From an uncultured Candidatus Saccharibacteria bacterium (lineage in GTDB: Bacteria; Patescibacteriota; Minisyncoccia; Phycocordibacterales; Phycocordibacteraceae), in the NCBI GenBank assembly GCA_964593365.1, contig CAZQGQ010000001.1, forward strand, positions 244,585 to 308,584: a stretch of DNA of 64,000 nt, in the 5' to 3' direction. The first letter of the stretch is position 1. Every line of letters starts with the position of its first letter. The position numbers and the translations under genes are program-made. The notes beneath the pieces are model-generated. The model was given only the letters and a program-made list of their open reading frames with translations, ran no database searches and was not told where the DNA came from. Shown in pieces: positions 47,338 to 55,975 of this stretch.

Positions 47338-48645
47338 ATGAAGAACCTTCGCCCTTTCCAGATCGGTGCCATCGCAATTGCTGTCGTGCTCGCGCTTGGC
47401 GGCCTCTACACCTTCACTACCTTCACCGGTTTTGGAAACGACAAGGAGGCGATCGGCACGGTCACGATTTGGGGAACGCTGCCGCAGGCCGCGCTTGATG
47501 CAGGACTCGATGAGCTCTCGCTCACGAGCAGCGAGAAGTATGCGAACGTCTCCTATATTGAACGACCCGCCGCATCCTTTAGTTCTGACCTTGCAAACGC
47601 AATCGCATCAGGGAGCGGACCTGACCTCATCATCATTTCGCAGGAAGACTTGCTTACCGAGCGAGGGAAGCTGAACGTCATTCCTTTTGATTCGATCCCG
47701 CAGCGCACCTATACCAGCGCCTTTCTTCCGATTTTCCAGCTCTATCTGACCGAAGAGGGAACCTACGGCGTTCCGCTTGTCGTTGACCCGCTTGTCCTCT
47801 ATTACAACCGCGCGATCCTTTCTTCAGTCGGAGTGACGCGTGCTCCGTCTACCTGGGATGCCGTCTCAGGCCTTGCTATGGGTGTCACCGGCCGCGACGA
47901 CCGGGGAACGGTGACGCGAAGCCTCATCTCGCTTGGTGAATACCAAAACGTCTCAAACGCCCGAGCCATCCTCTCGCTTTTGTTCTTGCAGGCAGGCTCC
48001 ACTATTACCGAGCAGCTTCCCGTTGGCGTTCGTTCGACCCTTGTAAACGGAGGAAGCTCGAGCTTTGGTGCAACGCCCGCGCAATCCGCACTAAGCTTCT
48101 ATGCGCAGTTCGCAGATCCGGCTAAGACCGTCTATTCCTGGAACCGCTCGCTCCCTGAGTCCCGGCAAGCATTCTTATCGGGAGACCTGGTCCTTTACCC
48201 AGGCTTTGCTTCCGAAGAGCCGTACCTGACTTCGGCAAACCCGAACCTTTCCTATGACATGGCGCCCATGCCCCAGCCCTCAACAAATCCGGTTCGCATC
48301 GGCTACGGACTTGCATACGCATTTGCGGTCCCAAAAGCTTCTGCAAATCCGCTCGGAGCGCTTGCGCTCTCGCTTGAGCTTACGGCGCCCGCCCCCATGA
48401 CCGTGATAGCAGAGTCAGTTGCCATGGCTCCTGCCAGGCAGAACCTGCTAACGCCTCCTGCAGACAATCTCTACGCTCCGATTTACTTCAGCGAAGCCTT
48501 GATTGCCACAGGATGGTTATCCCCTGCGCCCTATGTCACGGACGCCGTCTTCTCCGCTATGATTAGCGACATAATCACCGGACGATTGGATGCTGAAGGA
48601 GCAGTCCAGAAAGGTGATCAATCCTTGAATGCCGTACTTCGCTAA
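47338..48645 (+). CDS. membrane-anchored extracellular solute-binding-like protein
   Basis: N-terminal TM (IGAIAIAVVLALGGL), then a roughly 400-aa periplasmic-binding-protein-like domain (..GPDLIIISQEDLLT..VPLVVDPLVLYYN..). The start was moved to ATG 47338. Confidence 0.5.
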   Translation: MKNLRPFQIGAIAIAVVLALGGLYTFTTFTGFGNDKEAIGTVTIWGTLPQAALDAGLDELSLTSSEKYANVSYIERPAASFSSDLANAIASGSGPDLIIISQEDLLTERGKLNVIPFDSIPQRTYTSAFLPIFQLYLTEEGTYGVPLVVDPLVLYYNRAILSSVGVTRAPSTWDAVSGLAMGVTGRDDRGTVTRSLISLGEYQNVSNARAILSLLFLQAGSTITEQLPVGVRSTLVNGGSSSFGATPAQSALSFYAQFADPAKTVYSWNRSLPESRQAFLSGDLVLYPGFASEEPYLTSANPNLSYDMAPMPQPSTNPVRIGYGLAYAFAVPKASANPLGALALSLELTAPAPMTVIAESVAMAPARQNLLTPPADNLYAPIYFSEALIATGWLSPAPYVTDAVFSAMISDIITGRLDAEGAVQKGDQSLNAVLR

Positions 48646-49357
48646 GACTATGATCTCTCCCCGACACCTCTTCGTCTCTCTTCTTCTTGGCGTTTCTTTG
48701 CTGCTTCCGTTTGGGGCAGCAGCGCAGTATCCAAACTGCAACCCGATGACTTCAACCCCCTGCAACATGCCGGAGGGTCAGGCAGACTTCTGCGCGACCG
48801 CTAGCACGGTGAGCGATCAGAAGATGGCCTGCGAAAACATTGGCGGGGGACAGGTACTAACCTCCGCAGCGTCTACCGCAGGCGGCATGAGCTGTGCTGC
48901 GAACCGAACCCCCTGCCAAGTCGATGGCACGAACTTCTGCGCGAACGGCGGGGCATCGGCATGTAATGCGGCGAACGGCGAAGTCATCACGAGCGCTAAT
49001 CCAAACCCCGATCCGGCTCCTACTCCAGGCACCCCTACCGATGATGCGACCACAACATCTACTTCAACTGATGCAGGATCGACAGCGGTCGGAGGCGGAA
49101 CGCTCCTCAATCCACTTGGCGTCGATTCGCTTGAAGACCTTCTGACTGCCGTGCTTGGAGCGGTAGTGCAGATCGGTTCTATCTTCCTCGTCTTGGCACT
49201 CGTCTGGGTCGGCTTCCTCTTCGTCTTTGCGCAAGGGAACGAGGAGAAGATCAAGACCGCACGTCAGGCCCTCTTCTGGACCATCATCGGCGGCTTGGTA
49301 CTTCTTGGCGCGCAGGCGATCTCGATGGTAATCCAGGCAACCGCTGAAGCGCTATGA
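48629..49357 (+). CDS. pilin-like two-TM family member P1: signal peptide, N-terminal Cys-rich ectodomain, Pro/Thr linker, C-terminal two-helix core
   Basis: Signal peptide LLLGVSLLLPFGAAAQ. There are 11 Cys in C-x-x-x-C-like spacing and a PNPDPAPTPGTPTDDATTTST linker. The core LVLALVWVGFLFVFAQGNEEKIKTARQALFWTIIGGLVLLGAQAI is shared with P2-P7. Confidence 0.65.
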   Translation: MPYFAKTMISPRHLFVSLLLGVSLLLPFGAAAQYPNCNPMTSTPCNMPEGQADFCATASTVSDQKMACENIGGGQVLTSAASTAGGMSCAANRTPCQVDGTNFCANGGASACNAANGEVITSANPNPDPAPTPGTPTDDATTTSTSTDAGSTAVGGGTLLNPLGVDSLEDLLTAVLGAVVQIGSIFLVLALVWVGFLFVFAQGNEEKIKTARQALFWTIIGGLVLLGAQAISMVIQATAEAL

Positions 49358-49602
49358 CCTTCAAGCAATTCGTCGAAGGGACCATTGTGCAGGCAGTGGA
49401 TTCATCTATCATTCCGCTCATGTATGCGCTTGCGTTCTTGTTCTTCATTTATGGCGTAGCCCAGACGATGTTCTCGTATAACGAAGAGAAGCGTCAGGAA
49501 GGGAAGAAGTTCGCGCTCTGGGGCATCATCGGGCTCGTGGTCCTCTTTAGCGTCTGGGGAGTCGTGAAGCTCTTTTTGACCGTGCTTACGAACGGTTTAT
49601 AA
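49354..49602 (+). CDS. pilin-like two-TM family member P2 (core only)
   Basis: IIPLMYALAFLFFIYGV...NEEKRQEGKKFALWGIIGLVVLFSVWGVV. It overlaps P1 by 4 nt (ATGA). Confidence 0.65.
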   Translation: MTFKQFVEGTIVQAVDSSIIPLMYALAFLFFIYGVAQTMFSYNEEKRQEGKKFALWGIIGLVVLFSVWGVVKLFLTVLTNGL

Positions 49603-49641
49603 CCGGTTTGCGAAGCATCTACTCACTGATACCTTATACCC

Positions 49642-50163
49642 ATGGACATCTTCCAATTCATGCTGCACCTGACGGTCTTCATCGACCGCTTCCTGATTCC
49701 ATTTATATTCGCAATAGCGTTCCTCGTGTTTGTCTGGGGCGTCTACATGTATTTCATCCAGGGCGGGGGAAACGACGAGAAGCGCAAAGAGGGCCGCACC
49801 TTCATCCTTTACGGCATCGGAGGGTTCGTCATCATGATCGCCATCTGGGGCATCGTGAACGTGCTTATCAGCTCGCTTGGCTTTGATACGAAAGGACGTC
49901 CGCCTCTTCCGTCCTTCGGAACGCCGACAGGGACAGTAAACAGCGCCACTACCACTAATAACAATGTGTTTAATACCGGTAACGGAGTCGCAGATTGTCG
50001 CGTAGCTCCTAATCAGTGCTATTCGGGCTATACCTGTACGGCATCGTCCGGATATACGCTTTGCGAGCCGGTCGTCACCGGAGGAGGTAATCAGACCACC
50101 TGTACACCTGAATGTACTAACGGGACGACCTGTGTTGCTGGCACTTGTCAGTCGAGCATCTAG
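49642..50163 (+). CDS. pilin-like two-TM family member P3: core plus Asn/Thr linker plus C-terminal Cys-rich domain
   Basis: LIPFIFAIAFLVFVWGV...GGGNDEKRKEGRTFILYGIGGFVIMIAIWGIVN, then ...CRVAPNQCYSGYTCTASSGYTLCEPV...CTPECTNGTTCVAGTCQSSI. Confidence 0.65.
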   Translation: MDIFQFMLHLTVFIDRFLIPFIFAIAFLVFVWGVYMYFIQGGGNDEKRKEGRTFILYGIGGFVIMIAIWGIVNVLISSLGFDTKGRPPLPSFGTPTGTVNSATTTNNNVFNTGNGVADCRVAPNQCYSGYTCTASSGYTLCEPVVTGGGNQTTCTPECTNGTTCVAGTCQSSI

Positions 50164-50254
50164 TTAGTTTGTTTTCCACACTGCACCCTGCAGTCTATTG
50201 ACGCCCTAAACTGGCGGTCTATGCTGTAGGCATACCTTACCCATATAATCTCTC

Positions 50255-50605
50255 ATGAAAAAACTCGCTATTCTCGTCGCTACGTGGACCCTCCCGATTG
50301 TTGCGCTTGCGCAGGTCCGGGACGTCTTTCAGGCTGCTACGCTCATCACCCAGATCATTAACGGCGTTCTCGTTCCGCTCGTGTTCGCGATCGCCTTTAT
50401 CGTCTTCATCTGGGGCGTTTTCACGTACTTCATCCTTTCGGGAGGAAATGCTGAGAAGCGCGAAGAGGGACAGAAACTCATGCTCTACGGCATCGTTGGT
50501 TTCTTCGTGATGGTCGCTGTGTGGGGACTCGTTAACATCCTCCTCGGTACCTTCCAGTTGAACAACAACATCCCGAGCCTTCCTGGCGCTCCAGGACCTC
50601 GATAA
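50255..50605 (+). CDS. pilin-like two-TM family member P4 (signal peptide plus core)
   Basis: Signal peptide MKKLAILVATWTLPIVALAQV, then LVPLVFAIAFIVFIWGV...GGNAEKREEGQKLMLYGIVGFFVMVAVWGLVN. A TATAAT lies 10 nt upstream of the ATG. Confidence 0.65.
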   Translation: MKKLAILVATWTLPIVALAQVRDVFQAATLITQIINGVLVPLVFAIAFIVFIWGVFTYFILSGGNAEKREEGQKLMLYGIVGFFVMVAVWGLVNILLGTFQLNNNIPSLPGAPGPR

Positions 50606-50620
50606 CTCACAGGAGTTTAG

Positions 50621-50648
50621 AAAAGACCCGGGCAACCGGGTCTTTTTC
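50621..50648 (+). terminator. rho-independent terminator after P4 (GACCCGG-GCAA-CCGGGTC plus TTTTT)
   Basis: A 7-bp GC stem with a GNRA-like loop and a 5-T run separates P4 from P5. Confidence 0.7.
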
Positions 50649-50664
50649 GTTATAGAATGCAGAT

Positions 50665-50901
50665 ATGACTTTCGGCGGACTCTTCTCCATGCTCGTGTAC
50701 CAAGGACTTATCCCGCTCGCCTTCACGATCCTCTTCATCACCTTCCTGTGGGGCCTCTTCACCTTTGTCGTTGCAGGAGGACCAGATGAGGAAGCGAAGG
50801 AGAAAGGGAAGGCGCTTCTCTTCTACGCCCTCCTTGGGTTTCTCGCTCTCATCGTCTTTTGGGGAGTCGCTAACATAGTGCGCGACCTGTTCTCCGCCTA
50901 A
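50665..50901 (+). CDS. pilin-like two-TM family member P5 (core only)
   Basis: LIPLAFTILFITFLWGL...GGPDEEAKEKGKALLFYALLGFLALIVFWGVAN. Confidence 0.6.
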   Translation: MTFGGLFSMLVYQGLIPLAFTILFITFLWGLFTFVVAGGPDEEAKEKGKALLFYALLGFLALIVFWGVANIVRDLFSA

Positions 50902-50923
50902 CGCTTCGGTATATACTTCACGT

Positions 50924-51178
50924 ATGGAACCCTTCAATCAATTCATCGTAACGGTCCAAGAGCAGATTCTTTCACCGCTTCTGACCCTGATCGCACTTGC
51001 AGCCTTCGTCGTCTTTGTCTGGGGCGTCGTTGACTTCATCCGTGGCGCAGATAACGAGGAGCGTCGCAAATCAGGGCAGCAACACATGATCTGGGGCATT
51101 ATCGGCCTCGTGATCATCTTTGGCGCAAACGCCATCATCACCATGCTGCAGGCGACGCTGACAAACACATTCAACTAA
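50924..51178 (+). CDS. pilin-like two-TM family member P6 (core only)
   Basis: LSPLLTLIALAAFVVFVWGV...GADNEERRKSGQQHMIWGIIGLVIIFGANAI. Confidence 0.6.
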   Translation: MEPFNQFIVTVQEQILSPLLTLIALAAFVVFVWGVVDFIRGADNEERRKSGQQHMIWGIIGLVIIFGANAIITMLQATLTNTFN

Positions 51179-51183
51179 GAGGG

Positions 51184-51265
51184 TGCTGGAGAGAGGACTC
51201 GAACCTCCATGGGTTGCCCCGCTACGTCCTAAGCGTAGTGCGTATACCAATTCCGCCACTCCAGC
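51184..51265 (-). tRNA. tRNA-Leu (anticodon TAG), long variable arm
   Basis: Reverse complement reads GCTGGAG-TG-GCGGAATTGGTATACGC-A-CTACG-CTTAGGA-CGTAG-variable arm CGGGGCAACCCATGG-AGGTTCGAGTCCTCT-CTCCAGC-A. Confidence 0.8.
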
Positions 51266-51328
51266 GTTCGTACACAATACCTGCGAAGCCCTTTCATATC
51301 AAATTATTTCTTGTTAAGATGCTCGCTA

Positions 51329-51405
51329 TCCGCCTATAGCTCAGCTGGTAGAGCAGATCCCTCTTAAGGATAAGGTCCCTGGTTCGAGCCCAGGTAGGCG
51401 GACCA
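51329..51405 (+). tRNA. tRNA-Lys (anticodon CTT), CCA encoded
   Basis: CCGCCTA-TA-GCTCAGCTGGTAGAGC-A-GATCC-CTCTTAA-GGATA-AGGTC-CCTGGTTCGAGCCCAGG-TAGGCGG-A-CCA. Position 1 is C, paired with G72. Confidence 0.75.
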
Positions 51406-51480
51406 CGATAGAAAAAGCAGAGCCCATGCGAAGATCGTTTCGCATGGGACTCGCTGTAGTGTAGTTCGGACGATGTAGTC

Positions 51481-51870
51481 TTACACCGCCTGTGACTCGT
51501 AGAGCCACCGTGCCAGGTTTGGAAGATAGGTCCTGACAGCGTGGTCGCAGATGGAGAAGATCCGTTCAGAGTCCGCTTCAAGATTGCTGAGGCTGCTCGC
51601 GTCTTCCACCGGGACTCCCCGATGCAGATGCACGCCCTCGTACCCGTCCCCGCAGGCCGTGCTGAGCACGAATCCCTTAGGAACAAGTAACAATCCTTGG
51701 CAGGACAGCGCCAAACGATTCTTTCCAGGTAGCTGCGGCCGTACGACAGTGTAGAAATAGTCGCCGACTTCGATCGTGTTTCCGGTCTCGCTGCAGATAA
51801 GCGACATAACCGTTACCCCTCTGTTCATTCCAACCAAGCAGGGGCGCTTGGGGTAGCCCCATATGACCAC
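51481..51870 (-). CDS. hypothetical protein (about 108-129 aa) between tRNA genes
   Basis: The ORF sits between tRNA-Lys and the tRNA-Leu/Cys pair. It contains GVHLHRGVPVED. No family call. The start is uncertain. Confidence 0.35.
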   Translation of the reverse strand: MVIWGYPKRPCLVGMNRGVTVMSLICSETGNTIEVGDYFYTVVRPQLPGKNRLALSCQGLLLVPKGFVLSTACGDGYEGVHLHRGVPVEDASSLSNLEADSERIFSICDHAVRTYLPNLARWLYESQAV

Positions 51871-51899
51871 GCCGGAGAAAAGAAATCAAAACTTATCAG

Positions 51900-51985
51900 T
51901 GCCGGGGGTGGGAATCGAACCCACATGAGCGGTTAAGCTCTGGGGATTTTAAGTCCCCTATGTCTACCAGTTTCATCACCCCGGC
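51900..51985 (-). tRNA. tRNA-Leu (anticodon TAA), long variable arm
   Basis: Reverse complement reads GCCGGGG-TG-ATGAAACTGGTAGACAT-A-GGGGA-CTTAAAA-TCCCC-variable arm AGAGCTTAACCGCTCAT-GTGGGTTCGATTCCCAC-CCCCGGC-A. Confidence 0.8.
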
Positions 51986-51995
51986 AGTGCACTTG

Positions 51996-52067
51996 AGGCC
52001 CGAGCGGGAATCGCACCCGCGCATCGAGGATTTGCAGTCCCCTGCGTTACTACTTCGCCATCGGGCC
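51996..52067 (-). tRNA. tRNA-Cys (anticodon GCA), U73 discriminator
   Basis: Reverse complement reads GGCCCGA-TG-GCGAAGTAGTAACGC-A-GGGGA-CTGCAAA-TCCTC-GATGC-GCGGGTGCGATTCCCGC-TCGGGCC-T. Confidence 0.8.
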
Positions 52068-52091
52068 AATACGCTAAGAATAGTAGCGCGT

Positions 52092-52415
52092 CTAGACCTC
52101 TTTCGAAAGTTCGTCCATGCGCCTTCTATTGGCCTCTCCTATGTCATGCATAAAGGTAATGCGAGGCAGGAATCCAAACCTGGCTTCTTTCTTTAAGTAG
52201 TCTTTGAAGGAGTTTTTATGACGGTTCAGGAACTCCATTGCATGATCAACTTCGTGGTCAGGGAATACGCTCACGTAGATGAGTGCGTTCTTGCCGGCTT
52301 TCCCGACTTCCGCTCGCGTTACCGTGATAAGGGTTGAACGGCCCGCCTCGCGCGCTATATAGGCTCCAGCGAGGTGGACGAGACGAGATGCTGCCTTGTC
52401 GTCCTTCGTGGTCAT
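52092..52415 (-). CDS. rbfA: ribosome-binding factor A
   Basis: KH-like RbfA signature ...RLVHLAGAYIAREAG...ITVTRAEVGKAGKNALIYVSV... Confidence 0.85.
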   Translation of the reverse strand: MTTKDDKAASRLVHLAGAYIAREAGRSTLITVTRAEVGKAGKNALIYVSVFPDHEVDHAMEFLNRHKNSFKDYLKKEARFGFLPRITFMHDIGEANRRRMDELSKEV

Positions 52416-53890
52416 GATTCAACGACGCGGAAGGTGACTAACTCGTCTCCCGGAGCGATCTCTGTTCGTGCCTCCACTTGGAGTCCGAACTCTCCTTCCA
52501 CATGGATTTCTTTGACGTCGGTACGGGCGACCTGCAGGTTGGTGATCTTGCCGCGACCAAGCTCGATGGTGCGTCGCACGATCTTTACCTGATCTCCGAG
52601 AGTGAGTGCGCCCGTTAGGTAACGTGCGCCAAGCACCTGCTTCACGCCGCTGACGCTAAAGGTGCGTAGGACCTTCGCTTCGCCTAAGGTCTCTTCGAGC
52701 TTCACTCGTGGTGCGCGTTCGGTAAGAAGTTCTTCTGCGCGCTTTTGGAGTTCGTAAATGATAGTGAAGGATTCGATTGGGACACCCGCGCGCTCAGCGA
52801 GGTCTCTGGCTGCAGGCTCGACGTTCGTATGGAACGCAAGGATGATGCCGCCTGCCGTTTGCGCGGTCTTCACATCGCTCTCGCCAACGGCTCCGACGCC
52901 CGTCTGGATGATACGGATCGCAATGCGCTCATGGGAGAGTTTGCCCAGAAGCCCTTCAATAGCTTCGAGACTGCCCGTTACGTCTGCCTTCAGGAGAATG
53001 GGAAGGGACAGGACTCCATCGCTTGTTTCGCGAGGATTAGCGACATTACTCTTGCCAGTCTTTGCTTCTGTTATCCTCTTCTCGGCCTCTTTTTTAGAGT
53101 CTACCGTTTCAAACAACGTGCCTGCCTGCGGAAGATCCGTCCAGCCTGAGATAGCGACAGGCATTGAAGGGCCAGCCTCAGAAACGCGCTTTCCCTGGAA
53201 GTCCTCGATAAAGCGGATAGGCGCGTACGCTTCTCCTGCGAGCGTGAACGCTCCGGCCTCCAAGGTGCCGTTCTTTACGATGAGCGTCGCTGAGATGCCG
53301 CGCTTAGGATCCTTGGATGACTCAAGCACAAAGCCCTGAGCGGGTGCCTTAGCGTCGCCAGTAAGCTCAGCGAGGTCAGCGGTCAACAGCACGAGGTCCA
53401 GGAGCTCAGGGATGCCTTCGCCTGACTTTGAGGATACGGGTGCAAAGGGGATGGAGCCTCCGAGTCCCTCGAGATAAATACCCTCTTCGATCGTCGAGAT
53501 CTTTGCTCGCTCCACATCTGCGCCGTTCTTGTCGGTTTTGGTAAACGCGACGACAAAGGGAACTCCTGCTGCGGTGATCTCTTCGAAGGCTTCCTTGGTC
53601 TGGGGCTTCACGCCTTCGTCTGCCGCTATGACGAGAATGGCAACGTCTGCTGCAGCTGCTCCGCGTGCGCGAAGAGCCTTGAAGGCTTCGTGGCCTGGAG
53701 TATCAAGAAAGGTAATGAGGCGCTTCTTTCCTTCGTGCTCGTGTTCGGCGACATACGCGCTCACATGCTGGGTAATACCGCCCGCTTCACCTGCGGTGAC
53801 ATTGGTCTTACGGATGTAATCCAACAGAGAGGATTTTCCGTGGTCGATGTGGCCCATGACGGCGACGATGGGTGGGCGAGGTTCTGCCAT
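52412..53890 (-). CDS. infB: translation initiation factor IF-2 (short form: G domain to C-terminus only)
   Basis: [26 protein letters not shown], NKxD-type TKTDK. IF-2 domain II/C2 follows. The protein is 492 aa, with no N-terminal extension. Confidence 0.9.
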   Translation of the reverse strand: MAEPRPPIVAVMGHIDHGKSSLLDYIRKTNVTAGEAGGITQHVSAYVAEHEHEGKKRLITFLDTPGHEAFKALRARGAAAADVAILVIAADEGVKPQTKEAFEEITAAGVPFVVAFTKTDKNGADVERAKISTIEEGIYLEGLGGSIPFAPVSSKSGEGIPELLDLVLLTADLAELTGDAKAPAQGFVLESSKDPKRGISATLIVKNGTLEAGAFTLAGEAYAPIRFIEDFQGKRVSEAGPSMPVAISGWTDLPQAGTLFETVDSKKEAEKRITEAKTGKSNVANPRETSDGVLSLPILLKADVTGSLEAIEGLLGKLSHERIAIRIIQTGVGAVGESDVKTAQTAGGIILAFHTNVEPAARDLAERAGVPIESFTIIYELQKRAEELLTERAPRVKLEETLGEAKVLRTFSVSGVKQVLGARYLTGALTLGDQVKIVRRTIELGRGKITNLQVARTDVKEIHVEGEFGLQVEARTEIAPGDELVTFRVVES

Positions 53891-53952
53891 AGTAGAGTGA
53901 GTAGACCACAGCCCTTCCCGTAAATCAATCGGTCGTATACTTTAGAAACCAC

Positions 53953-55110
53953 ATGATAGGCCTATCTACGCGCGTATATCTTGATGCTGCCGCCGCGCAT
54001 CCAGTGACAGAAAAAGCAAAGCGTGCCTTTCTGAAGGCTCTCCACATCTACGGAAACCCGTCAGCAGCCCATGAAGAGGGGCGTGCGGCAAAAGCCATTC
54101 TCGAAGAAGCTCGCACCCGTATCGCGAGGCAGGTAGGTGCTAAGCCAGAGGCCCTCATCTTCACCGCTAACGCAACCGAAGCGAATGCCATCGCCGTTCG
54201 GGGAGCCGTCAAAGCGAAACAGCAATCAGGAGTAGCGCTTACAGACATTCATCTGCTCTACCTTTCGGCAGCTCATGCCTCAGTTGCAAAGACCATGGAA
54301 GCGCTGAAAAGTGAGGGTGCACGCGTCGATCAGATTCCGTTACAGAACGGGGAAGTCGATCTCCAAGCGCTCGCTGCTTTGATTGGCCCAGAGACACTTC
54401 TCATCTCGATCGAAGCGGTATCGTCTGAGACGGGCGCTCGCGTTGATGGGAGAGCACTGAAACGGATTCTTCCCTCAAACGTTATCTTGCATGTGGACGC
54501 AAGTCAGGCGCCATTAGTCGAGCCTATTGACCGAACGCGCTTCGGGGCTGATCTAATGACTCTCGATGCCTCAAAGATAGGCGGCGTTCGTGGCATTGGG
54601 GTGCTCGTCACGCACGCACGGGTTGCGCTCGTTTCCGTACTAGAGGGAGGAGGGCAGGAGCGTTCGCTTCGTTCTGGTACCGAGTCCCCTGCGCTAGCTC
54701 TCGCGTTTGCAACGGCGCTCGAGGAGGCCGCCGCCTCGCGAGAGACGTTTGTCACGCGCTCCCAAAAGCTCCGAAGCGCATTGATCGCGCGTATTCGAAA
54801 AGAAATCCCCGATGCGCTTCTAAACGAAGGAGCGGATAACGCGCCACACATTGTGAACCTGTCGTTTCTGGGGCGCGACACCGATTACTTAGTCGCGATT
54901 CTTTCCAAGAAGGGATTCGCTGTCTCGACACGTAGCTCATGCGAGACGGATTCAGAAGAAGGCTCGCGTGCCGTGCTTTCGCAGACCGGGGACGTGGTTC
55001 GCGCCACATCAACGCTCCGGATCTCTTGGAGTTCTTCCATTACGGAAGGGGAATTAGAGCGCTTTTCTCGGGCGCTTGTAGAGGGTGTGCGCTTTTTAGA
55101 CCGGGAATAG
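53953..55110 (+). CDS. cysteine desulfurase / class V aminotransferase (NifS/IscS-like)
   Basis: YLDAAAAHPV...GNPSAAHEEGR. The PLP-lysine region is DASKIGGVRGIG. Confidence 0.85.
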   Translation: MIGLSTRVYLDAAAAHPVTEKAKRAFLKALHIYGNPSAAHEEGRAAKAILEEARTRIARQVGAKPEALIFTANATEANAIAVRGAVKAKQQSGVALTDIHLLYLSAAHASVAKTMEALKSEGARVDQIPLQNGEVDLQALAALIGPETLLISIEAVSSETGARVDGRALKRILPSNVILHVDASQAPLVEPIDRTRFGADLMTLDASKIGGVRGIGVLVTHARVALVSVLEGGGQERSLRSGTESPALALAFATALEEAAASRETFVTRSQKLRSALIARIRKEIPDALLNEGADNAPHIVNLSFLGRDTDYLVAILSKKGFAVSTRSSCETDSEEGSRAVLSQTGDVVRATSTLRISWSSSITEGELERFSRALVEGVRFLDRE

Positions 55111-55132
55111 GGCTGGTGGTATAGTATCTGTC

Positions 55133-55858
55133 ATGGATATCGAAGAACTATCAAAGACCCAGCTTCTTCTCCTCACTATTCTCGTGAGCTTCGTGACTTC
55201 AATTGCAACGGGTGTGCTTACCGTGTCCTTGCTCGACCAGGCGCCTACGACCGTCACGCAGACAGTGAACCGCATTGTCGATCACACCATCGAAACAGTG
55301 ACGACGCAGGTGCCGTCGATTGTCGGGAACCCAGAACCGGACGGGCCAACAACCGAAGAACTGCTGGTGAACTCGGTCGCCGCAACATCTGCACGCAAGG
55401 TCACGATCTATCGCGATAGTTCTAAGCGCGATCTGCTTGGTACGGGAGTGTATCTACCGGCTCAGCGAGCAGTGGTCACCACCGCAACTGGCATGCCGAC
55501 TCGTCCTGTTATCGTCTTTGCAAACGGAGAATCAATTGCCGCGTTTCGTAAGGGAGAGGATGGCAGCCTCTGGGCATTTACCTTCGCTGCTGAAACGGTG
55601 CTCCCCGAGGCTCCAGCAGGGCGCCTCGTTCCTTCTGCAGACTTGAAGCAGGGACAAACGGTTATCGCTCTTACCGCCGAAGGGAGCGCAACCACCGGGA
55701 TCATCTCTAAGATCGATGGCACGACCATCACTACAGACATCCCCCAGGCTCCGGTAGGCGCCGGTGTGGTAAACCTAGCCGGAGATATCGTCGGAGTGAG
55801 CCTGGGAGGCGGAACCTTGATCGGAAGCGATCGTATCGCAGCGCTCATCGCGTCGTAA
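55133..55858 (+). CDS. membrane-anchored trypsin-like domain protein lacking the catalytic serine (pseudo-protease?)
   Basis: N-terminal TM. The C-terminal GAGVVNLAGDIVGVSLGG resembles the S1/HtrA GNSGGPLVNxxGEVVGIN block, but Ser is replaced (PVGAG). Confidence 0.4.
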   Translation: MDIEELSKTQLLLLTILVSFVTSIATGVLTVSLLDQAPTTVTQTVNRIVDHTIETVTTQVPSIVGNPEPDGPTTEELLVNSVAATSARKVTIYRDSSKRDLLGTGVYLPAQRAVVTTATGMPTRPVIVFANGESIAAFRKGEDGSLWAFTFAAETVLPEAPAGRLVPSADLKQGQTVIALTAEGSATTGIISKIDGTTITTDIPQAPVGAGVVNLAGDIVGVSLGGGTLIGSDRIAALIAS

Positions 55859-55975
55859 CAGCAAGGGAATCCGCACGGGTTTCCTTAATGTGATTCTTAA
55901 TTGCGAAAATGGTATCCTAGAGGGGAAGCGTGCGAATAGTCGGCGTACGCGGGGCTTTTCACAAACTCTACCCAT

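Noticed and set aside
50197-50240. TTGACG and TATAAT as a promoter pair upstream of P4
   Set aside because: The two hexamers are about 32 nt apart, too far for a sigma70 promoter. Only the TATAAT, 10 nt upstream of the ATG, is retained as a note on the P4 feature.
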